Assembly (NCBI GenBank): GCA_009692705.1
Contig: SHYR01000004.1
Location: 1-63,957 of the forward strand
Source of the DNA: Dehalococcoidia bacterium
GTDB lineage: Bacteria > Chloroflexota > Dehalococcoidia > UBA2979
DNA: 63,957 bases
Direction: 5' to 3'
Every line of letters starts with the position of its first letter. Position 1 is the stretch's first letter. Shown here in pieces: positions 27,467 to 36,117 of the stretch. The translations under genes and the position numbers were made by a program. Under the pieces are notes generated by a model, which was given only the letters and a program-made list of their open reading frames with translations, was not told the DNA's origin and made no database searches.

Positions 27467-28210
27467 TCAAACCGCGGTCGCGTGCAACTCAGCGATCGCC
27501 TGCTGCGCCAGCGGGCGCACCTGCGCCTGGAGGTCCCACTCCAGGCTGGCGGAGCGCGCCAGGAACGCCTCCAGCGCCGCGATCGTCTCCCGGGCGCGCG
27601 TGCGCGCATGCGCGGCGTTGAGCGCGCGGAAGCCCTGCAGCTTGCGCGGCCCCTCGCGCCCGCCCTCCGCGATGTACCAGTCGCGTAGTGCCACCGCGCA
27701 GCCCACGGCGGCGAGCGTGGCGCCCAGCGGTGTCGCGCGCGGCGGCACGCTGGCGGCGAGCGCCCGCGCGGTGCTGCGGCGCGCCGGGGAGTCATACTCC
27801 GCCATCAGGTGGCCGCCGGGGGGCACCAGCTCCGCTAGCCGCCCGAAGATCAGCCGCTCCACACCGGCCGGCACCAGCACCTCGCGCGCCGTGCCGTCGA
27901 GCGGCAGGCGGTCGCGATACTCGATCACCTCCACCCAGTTGAATCCGGGGTACGGCCCGGCAGCCTGCAGCCCGAACACCACCGGCTCGGCCGGCCGCCC
28001 GAGCTCGGCGCTGCGCAGGTAGAGCCGGAAGTAGCGCGCGCCCACGCTGTTGCGCGGGCCCAGCCACGCCTCCAGCGTGAGGTCCGGGCCGACCACCGCG
28101 CCGTCCCAGCGCGCGAGCGCGTGCCCCGGCTCCGCGGACGCCGGCTGCCACGACGCGGCGCGCTGCGCCGCCGCTGCCACGCTCTCAGTCGCCGTCACGC
28201 TCTCCGCCAC
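27467..28210 (-). CDS. Hypothetical protein (start uncertain)
   Basis: The C-terminal 240 aa of ORF 27467..28327 have natural composition (YFRLYLRSAELG, NWVEVIEYRD, LRDWYIAEGGREGPRKLQGF). The start was trimmed to GTG 28210 to avoid overlapping the folC start. Confidence 0.4.
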   Translation of the reverse strand: MAESVTATESVAAAAQRAASWQPASAEPGHALARWDGAVVGPDLTLEAWLGPRNSVGARYFRLYLRSAELGRPAEPVVFGLQAAGPYPGFNWVEVIEYRDRLPLDGTAREVLVPAGVERLIFGRLAELVPPGGHLMAEYDSPARRSTARALAASVPPRATPLGATLAAVGCAVALRDWYIAEGGREGPRKLQGFRALNAAHARTRARETIAALEAFLARSASLEWDLQAQVRPLAQQAIAELHATAV

Positions 28211-28289
28211 GCCGCCCACCGTATCAGGTCGCGCCGCGCGATCGCACCCCCCGCGCGCGCTGCGCGCGGCGCTGGCTACACTGGCGTCG

Positions 28290-29669
28290 ATGAGCACCGA
28301 GCACAGCGCCGAGGGCGCCGAGAGCACCGACAGCGCGATCCAGGCCTACGCCGGGGCCGTGCGGCGGCTGCTCGCGCACGGCGGCTTCGAGCGCAGCGGC
28401 GACCCGGCGGAGGCGCGTCGCTGGGACATCGCGCATATCACCGCGTACCTGGACGCGCACGGCCGCCCGGACGCCCGCCGCACCGTGCACGTGGCGGGCA
28501 CCAAGGGCAAGGGCTCCACCGCCACGATGACGGAGTCGATCCTGCGCGCGGCGGGCGCGCACACGCTGCTGCTGATCTCGCCGGATCTGCACCAGGCGCG
28601 CGAGCGCATCGCGATTGACGGCGCGCCGGTCGGCTACGCGCAGTTCGCCGCCCTCGCCGAGCGCGTGCTGGCCGACCCGGCGAGCGAGCGCTGGTCCTAT
28701 TTCGAGCTGCTGACGGTGATGGGGTGGCACGCCGGCGCGGACGCGGGCTGCGACTGGCAGGTGCTGGAGGTGGGGCTGGGCGGACGCCTCGACACCACGA
28801 ACGCTGTGGCCGCGAAGCAGGTGGCGGTGATCACGCCGATCGACCTCGAGCACACCGCCATCCTCGGTGAGACGATTGCGCTGATCGCGGCCGAGAAGGC
28901 GGGCATCATCACCACCCCCTGTGAGGTGGTCGCGGCGCCGATGCGCGAGTCCGCGCTGGACGTCGTGCGGGCGCGCACGGTGGCGGCCGGCGCGACCCTC
29001 CACCAGGTGGCGGAGGAGTGCACGCTGCGCGTCTCCGGGCAGACGCTGGACGGCCAGAAGCTCGATCTCAGGACGCCGCTGCGCACCTACCGGGGGCTCA
29101 GCCTGCCGCTGGCCGGCCCGCACCAGGCCCAGAACGCCGCGGCCGCCACGCGCGCCGCCGAGCTTGCCTTCGCCGCGACCGCGCAGGAGCTGCCGGAGCG
29201 CGCGGTGCACGAGGGCCTCGCGCGCACGCGCCTGCACGCGCGCTTCGAGGTGCTGAAGCGGCGGCCGCTGGTGGTGATCGATGCCGCGCACACCGCGCTG
29301 GCCGCGAAGCGCTTCCGCCAGACCGTGGAGGCGCTGCCGCTCCCGGCGCAGTGCGTGCTGGTGGTGGGGCTGCTCGCGGGCAAGGACACGCGCGGCATCG
29401 CGGCGGAGCTGAGCGCGTGTAGTGACACGGTGATCGTCGCGCCCCCGGCCTCGCCGCGGGCGGCGGACCCGCGCGAGGTGGCACGCGCCTTCAGCGAGGC
29501 CGGGGCGATCGCGCAGACCGCGCTCACGATCGCGCAGGCGATTGAGGTGGCGAGCGCGATCGCCGGCGAGCGCGGCGCAGTGCTCGTGGTGGGCGGGCTG
29601 TACGCCGCTGCCGAGGCGCGCGAGCACCTGCTGGCCGTGACCGGGGACCGCGCGCTCGGGCTACGCTAG
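28290..29669 (+). CDS. folC: Folylpolyglutamate synthase / dihydrofolate synthase
   Basis: Contains VHVAGTKGKGST (P-loop), EVGLGGRLDTTN, and ITPIDLEHTAILG. ATG at 28290 lies 7 nt after a TACACT -10-like box (leaderless candidate). Confidence 0.85.
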   Translation: MSTEHSAEGAESTDSAIQAYAGAVRRLLAHGGFERSGDPAEARRWDIAHITAYLDAHGRPDARRTVHVAGTKGKGSTATMTESILRAAGAHTLLLISPDLHQARERIAIDGAPVGYAQFAALAERVLADPASERWSYFELLTVMGWHAGADAGCDWQVLEVGLGGRLDTTNAVAAKQVAVITPIDLEHTAILGETIALIAAEKAGIITTPCEVVAAPMRESALDVVRARTVAAGATLHQVAEECTLRVSGQTLDGQKLDLRTPLRTYRGLSLPLAGPHQAQNAAAATRAAELAFAATAQELPERAVHEGLARTRLHARFEVLKRRPLVVIDAAHTALAAKRFRQTVEALPLPAQCVLVVGLLAGKDTRGIAAELSACSDTVIVAPPASPRAADPREVARAFSEAGAIAQTALTIAQAIEVASAIAGERGAVLVVGGLYAAAEAREHLLAVTGDRALGLR

Positions 29670-29736
29670 ACTCAGGGTTTCAGCACACCGCTCCGGCACG
29701 GGCCGTGCACGGGTCGGGGCGGCGGAGGCGAAGGCG

Positions 29737-31008
29737 ATGCCGGGAGCCAACGGGCGGCGGCGCGTGGTGGTCACCGGCGCCGGTGTCGTCTGCCCGCTCG
29801 GCAACACCGTCGAGGAGATGTGGGCGGCCGCGATCGCCGGGCGCTCCGGCATCGGTTGGCTCTCGCTCGTCGACCAGCTGTCCGATCCCGACAGCTACCC
29901 CTGCAAAGTCGCGGGCGAGGTGCACGGCTTCGACCCCACGCAGTACATGGACCGCAAGGACGCCCGCCGCATGGCGCGCTTCTCGCAGTTCGCCGTGGCC
30001 TGCGCCAGGCAGGCGGTCGCGCAGGCGGGCCTCGACCTCGGCGCGATCGACCGCACGCGGGCCGGCATGGTCTGCGGCAACGTTGGCGGTGGGCTGCCGA
30101 ACACCGACGAGGCGATGCGTGTGCTGGTGGAGCGCGGCGGCATGAAGCTCGACCCGCTGTACATGTTGAAGATGCTGCCGAACATGAGCGCCGGCAACGT
30201 CACGATCCAGCTCGGGCTGCTCGGCTACACCAACACCGTCGGCACCGCCTGCGCGGCCGGCACGCAGGCGATCGGCGACGCTACCGAGGTGATCCGCCGC
30301 GGCGTCGCCGACGTGATGATCGCGGGCGGCACCGAGGCGGGCATCAGCGAGCTGGGGCTCGCCGCTTTCTCCGTCATGCGCGCGCTCGCCACCGACCCCG
30401 CCGGCGACCTGGCGGCCAGCTCGCGGCCGTTCGACCGCGACCGCACGGGCTTTGTGCCGGGGGAGGGCGCTGGCATGTTCGTGCTGGAGGCACTGGAGCA
30501 CGCACAGGCGCGCGGCGCGCGCCCGCTGGCGGAGGTGCTCGGCTATGGCGTGAGCGCCGACGCCAACCACCTCGTGGCCCCGCCGGAGCACGGCGAGGGG
30601 GCGGCGCGGGCGATGCGTGCGGCGCTGGCCGACGCCGCGCTGCCGCCGGAGGCGATCGACTACATCTCGGCGCATGCGACCTCGACGCAGGCTGGCGACC
30701 TTGCGGAGACGCGGGCGATCCGCGCGGTCTTCGGCGAGCACGCCTACCGCGTGCCGGTGGCCGCGATGAAGTCCCAGATCGGGCACCTGCTGGGCGGTGC
30801 GGGCGGGGTGGAGGCGGTGGCGGTGCTGCAGACGCTGCTGACCGGGGTGATCGCGCCCACGCTCAACCTCGACCATCCCGGCCCGGAGTGCGATCTGGAC
30901 TACGTGCCGCACCGCGCGCGCGAGGCTGACGTGCGCGTCGCGATGAAGAACTCGTTCGGCTTCGGCGGGCAGAACGCGGTGCTGATCCTCGGGCGCTTCG
31001 AGGGCTAG
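29737..31008 (+). CDS. fabF: 3-oxoacyl-ACP synthase II
   Basis: Contains RVVVTGAGVVCPLGNTVEEMW, active-site TACAAG, HATSTQAGD, GHLLGGAG and NSFGFGGQN. Confidence 0.92.
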   Translation: MPGANGRRRVVVTGAGVVCPLGNTVEEMWAAAIAGRSGIGWLSLVDQLSDPDSYPCKVAGEVHGFDPTQYMDRKDARRMARFSQFAVACARQAVAQAGLDLGAIDRTRAGMVCGNVGGGLPNTDEAMRVLVERGGMKLDPLYMLKMLPNMSAGNVTIQLGLLGYTNTVGTACAAGTQAIGDATEVIRRGVADVMIAGGTEAGISELGLAAFSVMRALATDPAGDLAASSRPFDRDRTGFVPGEGAGMFVLEALEHAQARGARPLAEVLGYGVSADANHLVAPPEHGEGAARAMRAALADAALPPEAIDYISAHATSTQAGDLAETRAIRAVFGEHAYRVPVAAMKSQIGHLLGGAGGVEAVAVLQTLLTGVIAPTLNLDHPGPECDLDYVPHRAREADVRVAMKNSFGFGGQNAVLILGRFEG

Positions 31009-31026
31009 CGCTCGGGGGCCGCAGGC

Positions 31027-31278
31027 TTACGCGGCGCTGGTCGCCACGCTCTTCGGAACGATGCCCTCCAGCATGATCTCGAGCGCCATGGTGTGGGCGC
31101 AGGTTCGGTTGTGCCCGAAGAAGTCGCAGCCGCAGGCCCAGCGGCCGTCCTCGAGCCGCACGGTGTGCGAGTCGTTGTCGCCGCGCACCGTGACCTCGAT
31201 CGACCGCAGCTTGAAGCGGTCGCGCTCCTGCGCGTAGCGATGCGCCTTCTCCACCTTGCCGATCATGCCCGAGTGCAT
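31027..31278 (-). CDS. Stand-alone SWIM zinc-finger protein (83 aa)
   Basis: WACGCDFFGHNRTCAHTMAL fits the SWIM pattern CxCx(n)CxH. SD GGAGG lies 4 nt before the ATG. GC is lower than in the flanks. Confidence 0.55.
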   Translation of the reverse strand: MHSGMIGKVEKAHRYAQERDRFKLRSIEVTVRGDNDSHTVRLEDGRWACGCDFFGHNRTCAHTMALEIMLEGIVPKSVATSAA

Positions 31279-31316
31279 GGCGCCTCCAGTCGTTCACGGG
31301 GAGATGACGGGGTCGG

Positions 31317-31350
31317 GAACACAGACGCCGCGGTCGACCGCGGCGTGTTC
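31317..31350 (-). terminator. Hairpin between thpR and the SWIM gene (22-nt perfect palindrome)
   Basis: ACGCCGCGGTCGACCGCGGCGT (31325-31346) is flanked by GAAC/GTTC. On the minus strand it is followed by CUGUGUUCC. The U-tract is weak. Confidence 0.35.
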
Positions 31351-31403
31351 GGCAGCGAGGGGCGGACGAGTCCAAGCATGGGCAGACCCCTGCTGCCGGC
31401 AGA

Positions 31404-32020
31404 CTACGAGGGCGCACGGGGCCCGTCAACGGCCTCGCCCGGCGCCCCGGCGCCATGACTGGAGAGCACGGTGTAGCGGGACCCGTCGGGCTCGGGCTGC
31501 GAGCGCACCAGCGCCACCTCGCGGGCGTGCAGAGTGCGCCCGGGGGCGTCGGCAGCGACCCCACCGCCCGCGCGATCTCGATTCGCTGCGCGCGCGTGGC
31601 GGTGCGGGCAACGCGCGCCAGCGTGACGTGCGCGTGGAACGGCTGCGGCTCCGGTGGCAGCCCGGCGGCCACCACCGCCCGCTCCACGCGCTCCGTGAGC
31701 GCGCCGAGCGCATCAAGGTCGCCCGCCGCGCCGAGCCACAGCACCGCGACCCGCGCCGGCGGGCCGAAGGTGCCTGCCGCCGCGGCTGCCAGCTCGATAT
31801 CCACCGCCCCCACCGCGCCGTCGAGCGCCCGATGCAGCGGCTCGAGCTGCGACTCCGCGACCTCGCCGAGGAAGCGCAGTGTCAGGTGCAGCAGCGACGG
31901 CTCGACCCAGCGCAGCGGCGCCGCCGTCGCGCGCTCCAGCGCCGCGCGGGCGGCGCGCGCGGCCTCGCGCCACGCTTCGCTTAACTCCAGCGCCACGAAC
32001 AGCCGCACGCCGTCACCCAC
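31404..32020 (-). pseudogene. thpR: RNA 2',3'-cyclic phosphodiesterase ThpR/LigT (2H family) with a frameshift near 31539-31547
   Basis: Both HxTx motifs are present (HLTLRFLG and HVTLARV). After ...GSLPTPP the conserved C-terminus (GRTLHAREVALVRSQPEPDGSRYTVL) continues in another frame and stops at 31404. The total length of 617 nt is not a multiple of 3. Confidence 0.65.
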
Positions 32021-32065
32021 TCCTGCGCGCAGCGGGCCGCGCTGCGGGCTGCGCTGCGGGTCGCA

Positions 32066-32917
32066 TCACAGGCCGAGGAAGCGCGCGGCGTTTTCGCCCA
32101 GCACGGCGGCGCGGCGCGCGCCGTCGGGCAGCGCCGCCTCCGCCGCGGCGCGGTCGGCGGCCTGGTCGCGCAGCGGGAAGTCGGAGCCCCACAGCACGAG
32201 CCGCTCGTCCACCAGCTCGAGGCCGCGCACGAAGACCGAGGGGTCGTAGAGCAGCGGCGTGCCGGCGGTGTCGAAGGCCAGGCGGCCGCCGGCGAGGGCG
32301 GCGCGTACCTCCGGCATCAGCGCGTAGAACGGCAGCCCGCCGCCCCAGTGCGCGGCGATCGCGCGCCCGCCCGCGCCGCGCTCTTCGAGCGCCTGCAGCA
32401 GCGCCCACAGGTCGCCGGGCGTGAAGCCGCCGGCCTTGCCCGCGTACTCGTGCCCCACCTCCTCCGAGCCGTGCAGCAGCAGCGCCAGCCCCAGCTCGGC
32501 GCTCGCTTCCACCAGGCAGCGCGCGGCCTGCGCGGGGGCCAGCGCCTGGTTGGCGGGCCGCACCTCGCCCACGCCGCGCGCGCCCGCCGCCGCCAGCGCT
32601 CGCAGCCGCTCTGCCGCGCCCGCCGACGCGAGGTCCACCGGCACGAACGGCAGCAGCCGTCCGCCGGAGGCGGCCGCGGCCTCGAGCAGGTAGGCCGCGT
32701 GCTCCGCCGCGAGCGCGCCGTCGTGCCACCAGAAGCCGGCCGCCACCGAGACATCGACGCCGGCGCGATCCATCGACGCCAGTAGATCGTCGGCGGTTGC
32801 CATGCGGGCACGCGGGTGGTCGTAGAGCGCGCCGAAGGCGCGGTCGGCCTGCGCGAGCCGGGCCCGCTCGCGCAGCATGCGCGGCGGGAAGACGTGGGTG
32901 TGGACATCGATGATCAC
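32066..32917 (-). CDS. Amidohydrolase-2 family metal-dependent hydrolase (TIM barrel)
   Basis: N-terminus MIIDVHTHVFP, plus LLHGSEEVGH and LWGSDFPL, typical of the Amidohydro_2 family. Confidence 0.75.
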   Translation of the reverse strand: MIIDVHTHVFPPRMLRERARLAQADRAFGALYDHPRARMATADDLLASMDRAGVDVSVAAGFWWHDGALAAEHAAYLLEAAAASGGRLLPFVPVDLASAGAAERLRALAAAGARGVGEVRPANQALAPAQAARCLVEASAELGLALLLHGSEEVGHEYAGKAGGFTPGDLWALLQALEERGAGGRAIAAHWGGGLPFYALMPEVRAALAGGRLAFDTAGTPLLYDPSVFVRGLELVDERLVLWGSDFPLRDQAADRAAAEAALPDGARRAAVLGENAARFLGL

Positions 32918-33115
32918 GGACGCATCCTACCCAGCATCGTACCCAGTGGCACCGCCTCCGGGGGATAGCGGTTGGCCTCAGCCGGGCCGTCCGCACAAGC
33001 CACCGCGCACGGTGGCGGCGCTGCATGCCGGACCGTGCGGATTGACGGCGCTCGTGGCACCATCAGCGTCGTCGGTCCGGAAGGGCTCGTGCGCGCGCAC
33101 GGCCGGGGGAGAGCG

Positions 33116-33925
33116 ATGCCGCCTGAGACCACGGCCGAGACGGCGCTCGCGGGGCCGCCCTCCCCGCCCGAGGAGTCGTTGCCGGCGGTCGCGGAGGCGC
33201 TGCTGTTCGTCTCCGACGGTCCACTGGACGCCGCCACGCTGGCGCACACGCTCGGCATCAGCGTTCGACGGCTGGAGCGCGTGCTCGACGATCTGGCGCA
33301 TACGCTGGGGGGCCGCGGCGTGCGGCTGCAGCGCGGGCCGGAGGGCCTGCAGTTGATCACCGCGCCGGAGGCGGCGGCGCACGTCGAGTACCTGCTCGGG
33401 CTGGAGGGCCACCGGCGGCTCACCACCGCCTCGCTGGAGACGCTGGCGATCATCGCCTACCGGCAACCGGTGACGCGCTCCGCGATCGAGGCGATTCGCG
33501 GCGTCAACTGTGACGCAGCGATCGCGACGCTGCGCGCACGCGGGCTGGTGGACGAGGGCGGCCGGGCGCCGGGACCGGGCCGGCCGACGCTGTTCGTCAC
33601 TACGCAGCGGTTCCTCGAGCACTTCGGCCTCGAGCGGCCGGAGGATCTGCCCGGCCTCGACGAGCTGGCGCCGCCGGAGCCCGTGGTCCAGCGCCCGCTG
33701 CCCGGACTCGCCACCGGCGGGGCGGAGGCGGCACCAGTGGCGAGCGCTCCGCCGGCCACCGTTGCGGCGGCGATGCCCGGGCTAGCGGAGTTCGAGCGGC
33801 CGGCGCGCCGCCCGGCCCCCGGGCCGCTGCCCGTACGCGCGCTGGCGTTGCCGCAGCGGCCGCGCGCACCGCTCGGCGGCCCCACCCGTCCGCCGGCAAT
33901 GCGGCCGCCCGGGCCGCGTCCCTAG
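33116..33925 (+). CDS. scpB: Segregation and condensation protein B with a Pro/Ala-rich C-terminal extension
   Basis: Contains [58 protein letters not shown], and [18 protein letters not shown]. ATG at 33116 follows GGGGGA. Confidence 0.8.
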   Translation: [269 protein letters not shown]

Positions 33926-33940
33926 CCGCGCGGCGGCGGC

Positions 33941-34237
33941 GTGGTCACGATCGGCGTGTTGCTGCGGCTGCGGCTAGAGGGCGTGCACAGCCTGAAGGAG
34001 AAGCGCGCGATCGTGCGCTCGCTCGTCGAGCGGCTGCACCAGCGCGCGCTCTCCGCCGCCGAGGTTGGGCTGCAGGACCGGCTGCAGGCCGCGGAGGTGG
34101 GCTTCGCGGTGGTCTCCGGTGACGCGGCGATCGCGCACCGCCTGGTGGAGGAGACGCGGCGCTTCGTGGAAGGGGAGCTGCTGGGGCGGGCCGAGGTGAT
34201 CGCGAGCGAGCTGGAGGAGCTGACGATCGGCGACTAG
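33941..34237 (+). CDS. DUF503 family protein
   Basis: 98-aa protein. VTIGVLLRLRLEGVHSLKEKRAIVRSLVERL matches the DUF503 (YlxP-like) N-terminal pattern. Confidence 0.7.
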   Translation: MVTIGVLLRLRLEGVHSLKEKRAIVRSLVERLHQRALSAAEVGLQDRLQAAEVGFAVVSGDAAIAHRLVEETRRFVEGELLGRAEVIASELEELTIGD

Positions 34238-34269
34238 CGTGGCGGGGGTGCGAGGCAGCCAGTCGGAAA

Positions 34270-34303
34270 ACAGGAAGCGCCCTGCGGGGCGGGCGCTTCC
34301 TGT
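34270..34303 (-). terminator. Rho-independent terminator (13-bp stem) for a minus-strand transcript
   Basis: ACAGGAAGCGCCC pairs with GGGCGCTTCCTGT. On the minus strand UUUU follows the stem. It lies 28 nt downstream of the stop of the 45-aa ORF. Confidence 0.65.
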
Positions 34304-34330
34304 CTAAGAGACTGAGCTGGGAGCGGCGGG

Positions 34331-34468
34331 CTAGAAGCCCCGCCACTGGGCCGCGAGGCGGTAGGTGTCGGTAGCGTCGAAGTCGCGCTTGGCCTCTTCG
34401 ATGCCGATGAAGGCGTTGCGACGAACCGTGAGCAACGCGCTGTAGTACGACCGCAGGTTCCGATGCAT
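34331..34468 (-). CDS. 45-aa hypothetical micro-protein (alternatively a non-coding transcript)
   Basis: Product MHRNLRSYYSALLTVRRNAFIGIEEAKRDFDATDTYRLAAQWRGF, with non-GC-biased, natural-looking composition. GGAAGGA lies upstream and a terminator downstream. It sits within a low-GC island. Confidence 0.35.
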   Translation of the reverse strand: MHRNLRSYYSALLTVRRNAFIGIEEAKRDFDATDTYRLAAQWRGF

Positions 34469-34575
34469 GCTCCAGATCCTTCCGTGCTTCCCTGGCCTGG
34501 GCCTCGCCCTCGACCGGGACCCTGTGATATCCCGCACAAGCAGTGTCTGGCTCCGTTGTCTGGTGTGCAAGTGCT

Positions 34576-34591
34576 TGTGAACACATTCACT
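34576..34591. promoter_or_regulatory. CRP/FNR-type palindrome TGTGA-N6-TCACT
   Basis: TGTGAACACATTCACT against the consensus TGTGA-N6-TCACA. It is intergenic, about 110 nt upstream of the micro-ORF ATG. Confidence 0.3.
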
Positions 34592-34752
34592 TTAAGCTCC
34601 GGTTAAGTCCCGCTCGCGCTGCCTGGCTGCCCTGTGCTGCTCCCCACGCTACACCCAGCTGCGCCTAACGCTTACGGAAGCCTTGTCAGCTATCAGAACG
34701 TTTCCGTTAAGTGCCAGCTACAGCTGTGAGGAAGCTATGAGCCGACGCCTTA

Positions 34753-34777
34753 TGTGCTGTGCTGTGCTGTGCTGTGC
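34753..34777. repeat. Pentanucleotide microsatellite (TGTGC)x5
   Basis: Five perfect copies, ending 16 nt downstream of the rimO stop codon. Confidence 0.9.
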
Positions 34778-34793
34778 CGTGTGACCGCCCCGG

Positions 34794-36086
34794 CTACGCC
34801 TCGAGCGGCGTGCAGAGCAGGTCGTATGGCAGCGCGCCGTCGACGCGCGCTCGCACCAGCGCGCCCGCGGGGTAGGTGCCCTTGAGGAACGCGAGCCCGT
34901 CCACCTCCGGGGCGTCGCGGAACGTGCGGCCGACCACCACCGGGCCGCCGCTCGCCGCCTGCGATGGCGCCTGCGACTCCACCAGCACCTCGACCTCGCG
35001 GCCCACGAGCGCGCGGTTGCACTCGTGCGAGATGCCCTGCGCGAGCTCCATCAGCGCGCCGTAGCGCCGCTCCTTGACCGCCTGCGGCACGTCCTGCGCC
35101 GCGGCGGCGGCCGGCGTGCCCGCCTGCGGCGAATAGGTGAAGGCGCCGACGTGGTCGAAGCGCTGCTCCTCCACGAAGTCCAGCAGTTGCTCGAACTCCG
35201 CCTCCGTCTCGCCGGGGAAGCCGACGATGAAGGTCGTGCGCAACACCACGTCGGGCATCGCCGCGCGCACCGCCTCCAGGCTGCGCCGCGCCACCCGTAG
35301 GCCGGGCCGCCGCATGCGCTGCAGCACGGCGTCGGAGCCGTGCTGCAGCGGCATGTCGAGGTAGGGGAGCACGTTCGGGAGCCGCGCCATCGTCTCGGCG
35401 AGCTGCGTGGTGACGCGGCCCGGGTAGGCGTACATGAGCCGGATCCACGGTACGACGGGGACCGCCGCCGAGAGTTGCTCGAGCAGCGCGGCGAGCCCGT
35501 CGCGCTCGCCGCGGTCCTCGCCGTAGGCGGTGGAGTCCTGCGCCACCAGCACCAACTCGCGCACGCCGAGCGCGGCATGCGCGCGCGCCTCCGCGACGAG
35601 CCGCGCCGCCGCATCTGAGTGCATGCGGCCCTTGATCGTCGGGATGATGCAGAACGTGCAGGGGCGGTCGCAGCCGTCGCTGATCTTCAGGTAGGCGCTG
35701 GGCGCGCCGGGCGCCGCGCCCGCCAGCGGGATGTCGTACGCCGGGTCCGCCGGACCGACCCGCGCGGCGACCGCGTCCCACGCCTCGACGCCGAAGGTGG
35801 CGTCTACGGTGGGGATCGCGTCGCGCACCTCGCGCTCGGCGATCTGCGTCATGCAGCCGACCACGAACAACTGCTGGCCGGGCCGCCGGCTGGCGTCCAG
35901 CGCGCGGATCGTGTCGAGCGACTCCGCCTTCGCGGCGTCGATGAACCCGCAGGTGTTCACGAGCAGCAGATCGGCCTGGTCGGGCGCGGCGGTGGGGGCG
36001 TGGCGCGCGGAGCGCAGCGCCTGCTCGAGCCGCATCGAGTCGACGGTATTCTTCGCGCAGCCGAGGGTCACGAGGTGGTAGCGCAT
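34794..36086 (-). CDS. rimO: Ribosomal protein S12 methylthiotransferase RimO (radical SAM MTTase)
   Basis: Contains MRYHLVTLGCAKNTVDS, NTCGFID, YLKISDGCDRPCTFCIIP, and a TRAM-like C-terminus. Confidence 0.85.
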   Translation of the reverse strand: MRYHLVTLGCAKNTVDSMRLEQALRSARHAPTAAPDQADLLLVNTCGFIDAAKAESLDTIRALDASRRPGQQLFVVGCMTQIAEREVRDAIPTVDATFGVEAWDAVAARVGPADPAYDIPLAGAAPGAPSAYLKISDGCDRPCTFCIIPTIKGRMHSDAAARLVAEARAHAALGVRELVLVAQDSTAYGEDRGERDGLAALLEQLSAAVPVVPWIRLMYAYPGRVTTQLAETMARLPNVLPYLDMPLQHGSDAVLQRMRRPGLRVARRSLEAVRAAMPDVVLRTTFIVGFPGETEAEFEQLLDFVEEQRFDHVGAFTYSPQAGTPAAAAAQDVPQAVKERRYGALMELAQGISHECNRALVGREVEVLVESQAPSQAASGGPVVVGRTFRDAPEVDGLAFLKGTYPAGALVRARVDGALPYDLLCTPLEA

Positions 36087-36117
36087 GCGAATAGGCTGAG
36101 GGCCGCGCGCGGGCGCG

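Noticed and set aside
34570-34570. The longer 79-aa version of the micro-ORF, starting at TTG 34570.
   Set aside because: The extra 34 residues (HTRQRSQTLLVRDITGSRSRARPRPGKHGRIWS) look like non-coding translation. The start would also abut the CRP-like palindrome. The 45-aa ATG version is preferred, and it is itself of low confidence.
34601-34613. GGTTAAGTCCCGC, identical to a conserved 16S rRNA segment.
   Set aside because: Only 13 nt match, and the flanks diverge immediately from the 16S sequence (expected ...AACGAGCGCAACCC). There is no rRNA-like context, so this is coincidence.
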